A DNA stretch of 64,000 nt from Candidatus Hydrogenedentota bacterium (GTDB lineage: Bacteria > Hydrogenedentota > Hydrogenedentia > Hydrogenedentales > JAEUWI01), in contig JAXMOL010000003.1 of assembly GCA_034669905.1 (NCBI GenBank), positions 185,613 to 249,612 on the forward strand, given 5' to 3'. Shown piece by piece: positions 36,586 to 46,320 of the stretch. Each line of letters opens with the position of its first letter. Positions within the stretch are counted from its first letter, which is position 1. The notes beneath the pieces are model-generated. The model was not told where the DNA came from. It saw only the letters and a list, made by a program, of their open reading frames with translations, and made no database searches. Both the position numbers and the translations under genes were made by a program.

Positions 36586-36860
36586 GTCACATGTGTCATC
36601 AGGGTCTTGCGTTGCGGCTTCGGTGTTTGGTCAATAAGCACAACCGTTTCGCAGCAGGCGCAGGACCTTCGGTTTCTAAGGTCACGGTACGTGGCCCGGG
36701 GGAAACCACTCTTACCTGTATGTCTTTCGGACAGTGCTAGTGCGTGGGGTGCGGACATATACTGACCTGATACAAGGCTGACACGGCTATCAGGTTCTGA
36801 TTTCATCTCAGGATGGGGGCGCAGCGGGCATTCATAGGGCGGCCCGCCGGCAATAGGCTC

Positions 36861-36900
36861 AAAAAAACGCGGCGTCTTCCCCGTGGGGGAAGACGCCGCG
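36861..36900 (-). terminator. intrinsic terminator
   Basis: A7 plus cgcggcgtcttccc..gggaagacgccgcg just after the oxidoreductase stop. Confidence 0.85.
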
Positions 36901-36919
36901 CAGCGATTGTGACGAAATA

Positions 36920-38353
36920 TTATCCGCGGTAGTAGGGGGCCTTGAGACTCCAACCGTTCTGATAATCGCGGTAGGCCCAGTTGTTGGCGGCCTTCACGGC
37001 TTTCTTATCGGCACCGGTGAATTTCTGTTTGTCCGCGTTCCAGCCGAGCTTGGCACCACCGGCTACATAGGAGCAGGTGCCCAGGTGGCAGAGGCGGCTG
37101 GTGTTGTTGATGACTTCAACGGTACAGATGGGGTCTTCACCGCTGCGTACGCAATTGGCGAAGTTTTCCCAGTGGGGCTCGTTGAGGGGGCCACCGCCGA
37201 CTTTCTTGGCTTCGACCGAGGACTTCTCGCCCTTGGGGACATTGTTGTCCGTCGGCCAGACCTGGTAGCCGCCGCGGGATACCTGGAGGCTGCCCAGGGT
37301 GCCGTGGAACATGATGCCGTGGTCGTCGGCATCTTCGGGTACGTGGTGGTTCCACACCCGGTTTTCGAAGCTCATGGTGAAGTCATCGAATTCGAAGAGA
37401 ATGTCGAGGGTGTCGGGGGTGGTGCGGTTGTCCTGCAGGACCCACTTGCCGCCATTGGCCACGACGGACTTGGGCTGGAGGTTGGGCTTCACGTCTTCGT
37501 TTTCCATGGCCCACAGGGCGATGTCGAGGAGGTGGGCACCCCAGTCGGTGACTTTGCCGCCCGAGTAGTCGAGGAACCAGCGGAAGTTGTAGATCCAGCG
37601 GTTGGTATTGAAGGGCACATGCTCCGTCCAACCCTGGTGGAAATCCCAATCGAGGCCCATGGCTTCATACTTGGCCTGATCGTCTTCACCCATTCCGATA
37701 CCGGCGATGGGCTCTTTGTCGTGGATCCAGGTCTGCACGCGGTGCACTTTGCCGATGTAGCCTTCGCGGACCATCTGGACGGCTTCCTGGAAGTGGGCAC
37801 CACTGCGCTGCATGTTGCCTGCCTGGAAAACCACGTTATTGCGACGCACGGCGTCTACCATGGCGTGGCCTTCTTCGATGGTCGTGGCGGCCGGCTTCTC
37901 ACAGTAGATGGCTTTTCCGGCGTCAGCGGCATACATGGTGGTGAGACAGTGCCAGTGATCCGGGGTGGCGATGACCACCGCGTCCACGTCTTTGTTCTCG
38001 ATGATTTCGCGGAAGTCGTGGTGGGTCGTGGGGTCGAGGCCGGGTTTCTTTTTGGCAAACTCGAGGGCGCGCTCCAGATTCTTGGAATACAGGTCGCAGA
38101 GGGCGATAGGTTCCATGTCGTTGCGCATCATCACAAAGCGAAGATCGGCGCGGCCCATGCCACCGATGCCGATATGGCCCGTGCGGATCTTCTCATTGGC
38201 GCCGAGCACCGTCGACGGAAGAATGGACTTGTAGAGACCGGTGCCAGCGCTGGCGCTTTGTGCAGCCGCTACCGTGGCACCCGCCACTGCGGCGGTCTTG
38301 ATGAATTTGCGACGGCTCTCGGTCGCTTTGGGGGTCTTGGACTCTTCTGACAT
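36920..38353 (-). CDS. Gfo/Idh/MocA family oxidoreductase, Tat-exported
   Basis: SRRKFI, GHIGIGGMG, IATPDHWH, IYCEKP, DWGAHLLD. Confidence 0.93.
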   Translation of the reverse strand: MSEESKTPKATESRRKFIKTAAVAGATVAAAQSASAGTGLYKSILPSTVLGANEKIRTGHIGIGGMGRADLRFVMMRNDMEPIALCDLYSKNLERALEFAKKKPGLDPTTHHDFREIIENKDVDAVVIATPDHWHCLTTMYAADAGKAIYCEKPAATTIEEGHAMVDAVRRNNVVFQAGNMQRSGAHFQEAVQMVREGYIGKVHRVQTWIHDKEPIAGIGMGEDDQAKYEAMGLDWDFHQGWTEHVPFNTNRWIYNFRWFLDYSGGKVTDWGAHLLDIALWAMENEDVKPNLQPKSVVANGGKWVLQDNRTTPDTLDILFEFDDFTMSFENRVWNHHVPEDADDHGIMFHGTLGSLQVSRGGYQVWPTDNNVPKGEKSSVEAKKVGGGPLNEPHWENFANCVRSGEDPICTVEVINNTSRLCHLGTCSYVAGGAKLGWNADKQKFTGADKKAVKAANNWAYRDYQNGWSLKAPYYRG

Positions 38354-38657
38354 TATACTAACTTCCTCCAGCCAATCGCTTGTTGTTGGTTGTTACATGG
38401 GGTCTCTTGGTATCGCGGCTGCCCAGGTTGCCGAAGCGGGGCAGTTGCGGCGGGTTGCCCCGAAAGAGGGGGCACGAGGCGGTTGTGCTGCAACCGCGTT
38501 CGCCATAATACTCTCCGTCCACAGACATTTTCAAAACGCCACTGGGGCAGGCGTTTTCTACGGGTGCCCCCGGGTCTACGGCACCCGAGGTAAACTATTG
38601 GCAGCACTGTGAAGGCTGTGGTACACTCGATCGGTATCTGGAAAAGGAGCTCATGCT

Positions 38658-39161
38658 ATGGAAGCGGTACTCACCCATCTGCAAGATAATGCCCTCGTAT
38701 ACAGTGTCGCGACGGTCATTCTCGCCCCGATTATTTACTTTACCCGAAAATATTCGGTACCCGCCATTCTCTATTGTGTGGAGTTCCTCATCTACGCCGG
38801 TATCGTCCACGTCGTGGTCCATGTCCTGGTGCGTGTTACCCGTTGGTTCAAAGAGAGCTCTTCCATGAAAGCCCTGGATAGTCAAGGACGGCCAGAAGAC
38901 GCACCCGAGTGGGGCACCCCGTTGCTGAACTTCTGGGATACGGCCGCCTACGATCCCAATTGGGTCTGGAAGGGCGAAGTGGCGGCGTTGGTAATCGTGC
39001 TCATACTCATGTGGCGGTATCGCCCCATGAAAATTCAGCGCAAGTCCGGGCGCAAGACCCAGGAATACGGCGCGAAAAAGAGCGGGGCTGGTGCTAAGGT
39101 GCCGGTACGGGGAAAGGCCGGCGGGTACAAGCCATCTCGGGGCACCCGGGGACGTCGCTGA
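38658..39161 (+). CDS. hypothetical membrane protein
   Basis: AAGGAG RBS, about 3 hydrophobic helices, basic C-terminal tail. Confidence 0.8.
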   Translation: MEAVLTHLQDNALVYSVATVILAPIIYFTRKYSVPAILYCVEFLIYAGIVHVVVHVLVRVTRWFKESSSMKALDSQGRPEDAPEWGTPLLNFWDTAAYDPNWVWKGEVAALVIVLILMWRYRPMKIQRKSGRKTQEYGAKKSGAGAKVPVRGKAGGYKPSRGTRGRR

Positions 39162-39338
39162 AGCACCTCTTTGCGCGTGGCGGGGAATTCCACCCGGTCT
39201 CCAGGGGGTGATCTGGGTGGCAAAACGCAGTATTCTACCTTTTGTCCGGATTCGTGACCCCCTCCTATGCGCTAGGGCATCAATGGCTTGCCCATGTACC
39301 CCCGTTTCCCGGGGGTGGGAATCACTTGACAAGGGCCT

Positions 39339-39366
39339 TTCACAAAACGGGTGTCGGGTGTATAAT
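39339..39366 (+). promoter_or_regulatory. candidate sigma70 promoter
   Basis: TTCACA-N16-TATAAT. Confidence 0.5.
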
Positions 39367-39421
39367 GCCTTTGTGACTATTTGGTGCAAACGAAGAACCC
39401 GATACGGAACGGTGTAACGCG

Positions 39422-39592
39422 GTGCTAAGGACGGTATACCTTCTTGTTATGGTGGGTATTATCACCCTCGTAACCCTTGTCAGTGTTCCGTGGTTATTTC
39501 GTAAACGGTGCCCCGTGTGTGGTACCTGGAATGGACTCGAAGCGGCGGAGTGCGCCCATTGTTCCGAGTCGTTTCCGACGGACTATGAATGA
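39422..39592 (+). CDS. small membrane-anchored zinc-ribbon protein (56 aa)
   Basis: Below the ORF-track cutoff. Manual translation MLRTVYLLVMVGIITLVTLVSVPWLFRKRCPVCGTWNGLEAAECAHCSESFPTDYE: TM helix, RKR, CxxC-x10-CxxC. Confidence 0.75.
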   Translation: MLRTVYLLVMVGIITLVTLVSVPWLFRKRCPVCGTWNGLEAAECAHCSESFPTDYE

Positions 39593-39657
39593 CCCGGCCC
39601 AGCGTGGCGGATTGTTCATTGAAAACGTGATGCAATGCAACTTGGTGGAGACAGTTC

Positions 39658-41205
39658 GTGGCCGCAAAAGTGAATTGTTCGATATGTGGAAAGTTAACTG
39701 ATCCGACCTTGGAGAATTGTCCCCATTGTGGATCGCCGGTGGATATGGGCCGGGTGGGCGCGTCTGCTGCTCCCGTGAATCCGCCGGTCGTCCTGCCGGA
39801 TGGCGCCGGGGAGCAATGCCCCAACTGCAATGCGCCGGTGCAGGATGGTGACATCGTCTGCGTGCGGTGTGGCGTGAATCTGCTGACCGGCCATCAGGTG
39901 GCCAAAAAGCAAGATGAATTTGTCCCCACCGAGACGAACCGGACCCCGATATTGATCGGAGCCCTGGTGGTGGCCGTGGTGCTGCTGGTAGCGGCGCTGG
40001 GCTTTGTGTTGCTGCGTGATCCGGTCAATAGCGCCCGTCAGACCGCCCGCTCGGGTGATCTGCTCGGTGCCATTAACATGTTGCAGAAGCACACCGATAA
40101 TTTTGAAGATGACGGGGATGCCTTCGCGTTGTTGGGACGACTCTACTGGCAGACTCAGCAGTACCCCGATTCCTCCTCTGCATTTGAGACCGCGTCCCGG
40201 CTGAACCCGGATGACGAAGATCTGGCCTTTATGGCCGTGCTCGCGGCCGGGAAGATAGCGGGCCCCGCCGGTGCCGGGCGTCAGCTTTCTGCCCTCAAGC
40301 GTATGGTGGAAAATCACCCGGAAAACGCGCAGGCGCAGAAGATGCTCGCCCTGGCGCAGGGAGCTGCCGGGGAACTGGCGGCCAGCGAAACGGCCCTTTC
40401 GACTTGGGCCGGGCTGACGGATGACCCCCGGGATCTCGAAACCTACCGCGCCGTGGTGAATGCCATGGAAGGCGACTACGCCGCTGCTACCACCGCACTT
40501 TCTACGGGGGGTACGGCTTCGGAAGCCGCCCGCCTCGCCCAGGGCTATCTGGCAAGCCTGGAAGGCAACATGGAAACGGCCACGGCCGTGCTGGCCGGTG
40601 CTGTGGCTGACACCGATGACGATGTGGCCGCCGCCCGCCTTGGATTGCTCTATATGGCGCAGGGCAATTTCGATAAGGCCCTCCCCTTGCTTCGTCCCGA
40701 ATTGGGCAGTCCGGCTGCCGACAGCGCGCGGTTCTTCTACGCCCTGTGCCTGCAGACGGCGGGCCTGGAAGACGACGCCTTACTCGACTTTGATCGCCTG
40801 GTGTCGGGCGGCGGCGAGTTTGCGGAAGACGCGGCTGTGCAGATGGCCATTATCTACACGGAACGCAATCAAGTGGAACGGGCGGAAGAGTCCATTCGCA
40901 AGGCCAAGACCTACGGTACCTCTGCCCGCATTTACACGGTGGAAGGCCAGGTAGCGGCGGCGCAGGGTGATCTGACCGTGGCACAGGACTTTTTCCGAAA
41001 GGCCATCCAGGAAGAAAATGACTATCCGGCGGCCCACCTCGAACATGGGTTGGCCTATGTGCGTCGTGGTGCCCTCACCGAAGGGGTGCGCGAGCTGGAG
41101 CGTTACCTTGAACTGGCCGATAGCCAGGTGTCCGGTGGGCGTATCAACGAAGTGGACCTCCTGGTAAAGCAGTTGCAACAGACGCTGGCGCAGAAACAGG
41201 GCTGA
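39658..41205 (+). CDS. double zinc-ribbon, TM, tetratricopeptide repeat protein
   Basis: CSIC/CPHC and CPNC/CVRC, one TM helix, multiple TPR-like helical repeats. GGAG RBS with GTG start. Confidence 0.85.
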   Translation: MAAKVNCSICGKLTDPTLENCPHCGSPVDMGRVGASAAPVNPPVVLPDGAGEQCPNCNAPVQDGDIVCVRCGVNLLTGHQVAKKQDEFVPTETNRTPILIGALVVAVVLLVAALGFVLLRDPVNSARQTARSGDLLGAINMLQKHTDNFEDDGDAFALLGRLYWQTQQYPDSSSAFETASRLNPDDEDLAFMAVLAAGKIAGPAGAGRQLSALKRMVENHPENAQAQKMLALAQGAAGELAASETALSTWAGLTDDPRDLETYRAVVNAMEGDYAAATTALSTGGTASEAARLAQGYLASLEGNMETATAVLAGAVADTDDDVAAARLGLLYMAQGNFDKALPLLRPELGSPAADSARFFYALCLQTAGLEDDALLDFDRLVSGGGEFAEDAAVQMAIIYTERNQVERAEESIRKAKTYGTSARIYTVEGQVAAAQGDLTVAQDFFRKAIQEENDYPAAHLEHGLAYVRRGALTEGVRELERYLELADSQVSGGRINEVDLLVKQLQQTLAQKQG

Positions 41206-41265
41206 GTAGGGCCGATGATTGCCGTCCATGCGACTGAAAAACGACAACAAAACGGAGATATTCCG

Positions 41266-42702
41266 ATGATTTATCGCGTAATGAGTGCGTTGCTGCTGGT
41301 TTCCCTGACTGTTCCGGCCATGGCGTGGGGGCCCAAAGCCCAATTGGCTATCAGCACCACCGCCATGCACCTCCTCTCCAAGGAGGGCAATATCCCCCTG
41401 GTCAAAATGGGGGAATCGGTGCGCCGTGGTGCCGCAGAGTCTCAGACGACCCTGCTGGAACTCTATCCCGACATGTTGACGGGCCCGATTCAGGCCATCG
41501 AATCGGAAATGCTCCTGCTCAAGTCAGCCCGCGGCCAGAAGCTCGATAACTATTTCGCCTATCGCATGGGCGCACTCGGAAAACTGGTTGCCCAAACGAC
41601 GGCCCCCATGAGTACGGTGGACCCCAGTTTCCGTAACCTCTACTACACCGATGTGGAGCGCGCGATTGAGTCCACCGCAGTCTCCAATCAAAAACGGGAA
41701 ATTGTCGATCCCGCCGTCTATTTCAGCCGCCGCATTTCCGAAGCGAATGCCAATAACGACGTGATCCTGAAAGAGTATCAGGGGGGCGTTGGCATTTCCG
41801 GCGTGGCCGGCTCGCTGCTGAGCGAAGACACGAGTCGGTCGGCCCGGGCCGTGGCCGATGTGTGGATGACCATCCTGACCGATGCCCAGGTCAGCCCCAA
41901 CGTGTCGCCGGAAATGCTGCGCGACTACGGGCTTCGGGGCATGCAGTTTTATATCAACCGCAAGAATACGGCCGCCATGGATGCCGCAGAATTGCGCTAC
42001 GCCGGATTGGCCCAGCCCACCCCCGAGTCGCTCGTCAAGCTGGGTGACGCGTATTTCAAGGCCGAGTATTATGAGCGCGCCGTGGAAAAATACCAGGTTG
42101 CCCTCGTGATGGACCCCGATCGTCGGGAAGTGATTGGCAAGATTTCCGATTACTATGTCGACAAGGGAGCGCGCGAACTGGAAGCCGAACGGCTGGAAAT
42201 GGCGCTGGAATCCCTGCAGAAGGCGGTGGATGTCAATCCGCTTCACCCCATGGCAGAAGAGAATCGCCTGGCCGTCGCGAAACTCATCGAAGAGCGGGAT
42301 GCACGGATGTCGGCCAACCAGGCCCTCATTGAGCGGGCCGAGCAGTTGGGCTCCATGGCGGAAGAAGAAGCGGTGCGGGGGCGTCACGTGGAAGCCATCG
42401 ACCTGATTCGTGAAGCCATGAACACTTATGAAGAGGTGACCGACGAATTTCCGCTGGAGTTCAACCTGCGGGAACGGGGGCTGAACAAACTTCGCGAGCG
42501 CGTTCAGGCCTACAAGCGGGATATCATGGACAACGCGGAAGTCTTCAGCGGCAGCGGCTATGTGCAGGATGTGCCCCGTCTGGTCGCAGAGCACGGGGAC
42601 GGGCTGGATGAGGCCGGACTCAAGGCTATTTTACAGCAGGCCTACGACCGGGAATACGAGGCCCTCGAACAGATTTACGGCGAAAAACTGAACACGCCGT
42701 GA
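41266..42702 (+). CDS. secreted TPR protein with degenerate Zn-PLC/P1-nuclease-like N-terminus
   Basis: Signal peptide AMA-WG; TPR motifs such as LGDAYFKAEYYERAVEKYQVALVMDP. Confidence 0.8.
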   Translation: MIYRVMSALLLVSLTVPAMAWGPKAQLAISTTAMHLLSKEGNIPLVKMGESVRRGAAESQTTLLELYPDMLTGPIQAIESEMLLLKSARGQKLDNYFAYRMGALGKLVAQTTAPMSTVDPSFRNLYYTDVERAIESTAVSNQKREIVDPAVYFSRRISEANANNDVILKEYQGGVGISGVAGSLLSEDTSRSARAVADVWMTILTDAQVSPNVSPEMLRDYGLRGMQFYINRKNTAAMDAAELRYAGLAQPTPESLVKLGDAYFKAEYYERAVEKYQVALVMDPDRREVIGKISDYYVDKGARELEAERLEMALESLQKAVDVNPLHPMAEENRLAVAKLIEERDARMSANQALIERAEQLGSMAEEEAVRGRHVEAIDLIREAMNTYEEVTDEFPLEFNLRERGLNKLRERVQAYKRDIMDNAEVFSGSGYVQDVPRLVAEHGDGLDEAGLKAILQQAYDREYEALEQIYGEKLNTP

Positions 42703-43021
42703 TGCGGGACAGGCCCTTAAAGCCAATGTCGCAAGCGGGATAGACCGATCGCCCTTTGGCTATTCCCGCGGCCATTCGATAGCAGACGGCTATCCCTTAC
42801 ATTGAAATCTTCTCACCGCCTATAGTATGCTATGGGCGGTTTTTTACGGGGACGCCAACACACATTTGTTTGCCTCCGGACCGTCTGCCAGCCGCTGGGA
42901 ACCGCGGTTCGCCGCCTGCATACTCCGTATATCGTTATTCAATCGGGGTGTCCGTTCCAAGACGATTTTTCGAGAACGCGGCTTCACCCTATGTACCTTA
43001 TTTCCAAAAGGAGATGGAACC

Positions 43022-44050
<1,029 letters not shown>

Positions 44051-44177
44051 TTTTCGCTACCCTCCCATTTTGTGCGTGACTGCGGTATAATACCCAGAAC
44101 GCGCAGTAAACCCATCTAATCTGCGCGACCACCTGAATCCAGGTGGTCGCCTTTCTCATTTCGGGAGCTTTCTCATC

Positions 44178-45098
44178 ATGGATATCATTGTTGCCAAACC
44201 CCGCGGCTTTTGCGCCGGTGTTGAGCGTGCCATCAAATGTGTGGAGCAGGCCCTGGAGCGCTATGGGGCCCCGGTCTATGTGCTCAACAACATCGTGCAC
44301 AACGCCCACGTGGTCAATGAACTCCAGGAGCAGGGCGCGGTCTTCGTAAAAGATCTGGACGACGTGCCCGAGGGCGCCCATCTCCTCTTCAGCGCCCATG
44401 GTGTGAGCCCCGAGCGCTGGGAACAGGCCAAGCGGCTCAACCACGAAGTCATCGATGCCACCTGTCCCCTCGTGGAAAAGGTGCACTATGAAGCCCGTCG
44501 TTTCGCGAAGAAGGGCTATTCTATTATCCTTATTGGCGAAGAAGGCCACGATGAAACGGTGGGCACCATGGGGCAGGCCCCCGAGCACATCATCCTCGTG
44601 ACCACCAAGGAAGATGTGGACAGTCTGGAAGTGCCCGACCCCGACAATCTCTCCTACATTACCCAGACGACCTTGAGCGTGGATGACTGCCAGGTCATCA
44701 TCGATGCCCTCAAGGCCAAGTTCCCCAATATAATGCAGCCGCCCCGGGAAGACATCTGCTACGCCACCACCAACCGTCAGGCCGCGGTGAATGCCCTGGC
44801 CATGGAAGTGGATCTCGTGTTGGTGGTTGGCGACCAGGAAAGTGCCAACTCGGCCCGCCTGGCCGAGATTGCCCGGAGTAAAGGGAAAGAGGCCCACCTC
44901 ATTCTGGATGCCAGCTACATCCAGGAAGAGTGGCTCGAAGGCGTTGAGCGCGTGCTGTTGACCTCTGGTGCCTCCGTGGCCGATAAACACGTGCAGGGTG
45001 TTATTGCCTTCCTCGAAGACCGGGAACCCTGCACCGTCGCCGAGCGCGAGTTGGTGGAAGAGAATGTCTACTTCCGGCTCCCCGCCGCGATTGCCTGA
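44178..45098 (+). CDS. ispH: 4-hydroxy-3-methylbut-2-enyl diphosphate reductase
   Basis: PRGFCAGVERA, IVHN, SAHGV, DATCPLVEKVH, TQTTLS, DICYATTNRQ. Confidence 0.97.
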   Translation: MDIIVAKPRGFCAGVERAIKCVEQALERYGAPVYVLNNIVHNAHVVNELQEQGAVFVKDLDDVPEGAHLLFSAHGVSPERWEQAKRLNHEVIDATCPLVEKVHYEARRFAKKGYSIILIGEEGHDETVGTMGQAPEHIILVTTKEDVDSLEVPDPDNLSYITQTTLSVDDCQVIIDALKAKFPNIMQPPREDICYATTNRQAAVNALAMEVDLVLVVGDQESANSARLAEIARSKGKEAHLILDASYIQEEWLEGVERVLLTSGASVADKHVQGVIAFLEDREPCTVAERELVEENVYFRLPAAIA

Positions 45099-45266
45099 CG
45101 GAAACCCGTGGGTAGCTCAATCTGGAGCGGCCCTTGTGTCGCCATGACGCGCTCCGTTGATTGCCGACAGCGCCCCGCCCCGTAGCGGGGGCCTCCAAGG
45201 CTCGTTTGCTCGACGGCGTTTGGCTTGGTGCCAGCAGGAAGCTGTATGGGGGCCACGGTCAAGCCC

Positions 45267-46234
45267 CCCCGGGCTTACCCGTGACATAACGCGATATGAA
45301 AACCTTTCGAACGACCTTTTAGCAAAGGCGCTACTTTTGGTGTGTGAATTCCGAGTGTTCAATGCCGAATCAAATCGTCTGATCGAGACCGATGGGTGTT
45401 ATGTGCATGGTACAGCTGGTTCTTGACCGGAAATCCGTGTCGCCCCTATATTTCGGCTTTTCTGTGAAGGGCGATGGAACGGGCTTTCAGCCCTGAATGA
45501 AATTATATGGCCCAAACATGGGGCGTTGCCCCATGCTGATATGTTTCCGGACCGTTGGCCCTTTACGAGTTTTCCACCAGGAAACCAAGGCGACTTTCTT
45601 AGCGCCGAAGGCGCGCAACATATCAGCCTGGGGCGAAGCCCCAGGAAATTAAGGTATCAATTACGATGAGGGCTGAAAGCCCGGCCCAATACGGCTGACA
45701 AGAATGTCTTCAACGACAAATTGAACCACTGGATTCTACACAGGCAAGCACCCCGGGCTTACCCGTGACATAACGCGATATGAAAACCTTTCGAACGACC
45801 TTTTAGCAAAGGCGCTACTCTTGGTGTGTGAATACCGAGTGTTCAATGCCGAATCAAATCGTCTGATCGAGACCGATGGGTGTTGTGTGCATGGTACAGC
45901 TGGTTCTTGACCGGAAATCCGTGTCGCCCCTATATTTCGGCTTTTCTGTGAAGGGCGATGGAACGGGCTTTCAGCCCTGAATGAAATTATATGGCCCAAA
46001 CATGGGGCGTTGCCCCATGCTGATATGTTTCCGGACCGTTGGCCCTTTACGAGTTTTCCACCAGGAAACCAAGGCGACTTTCTTAGCGCCGAAGGCGCGC
46101 AACATATCAGCCTGGGGCGAAGCCCCAGGAAATTAAGGTATCAATTACGATGAGGGCTGAAAGCCCGGCCCAATACGGCTGACAAGAATGTCTTCAACGA
46201 CAAATTGAACCACTGGATTCTACACGGGCAAGCA
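45267..46234 (+). repeat. 484-bp tandem duplication (45267-45750 and 45751-46234), each unit containing a GGGCTGAAAGCCC REP element
   Basis: Direct comparison gives a 484-nt period with about 4 substitutions seen by eye. Confidence 0.95.
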
Positions 46235-46320
46235 CTGAGGGCTTGACCGCGGCACACTTCGGCCTACGTAATGTTCGACGATGTGTTTTGAAGCCCCCCG
46301 GGCGTCGGGGGCCAATTCCA

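Noticed and set aside
45108..45165. tRNA-like start (gggtagctcaatctggagcg)
   Set aside because: No T-loop or acceptor stem; the sequence instead pairs with cgctccgttga as a simple hairpin.
45157..45426. ORF running into the duplicated unit
   Set aside because: Crosses a REP, has no RBS and no recognisable family; cannot be supported.
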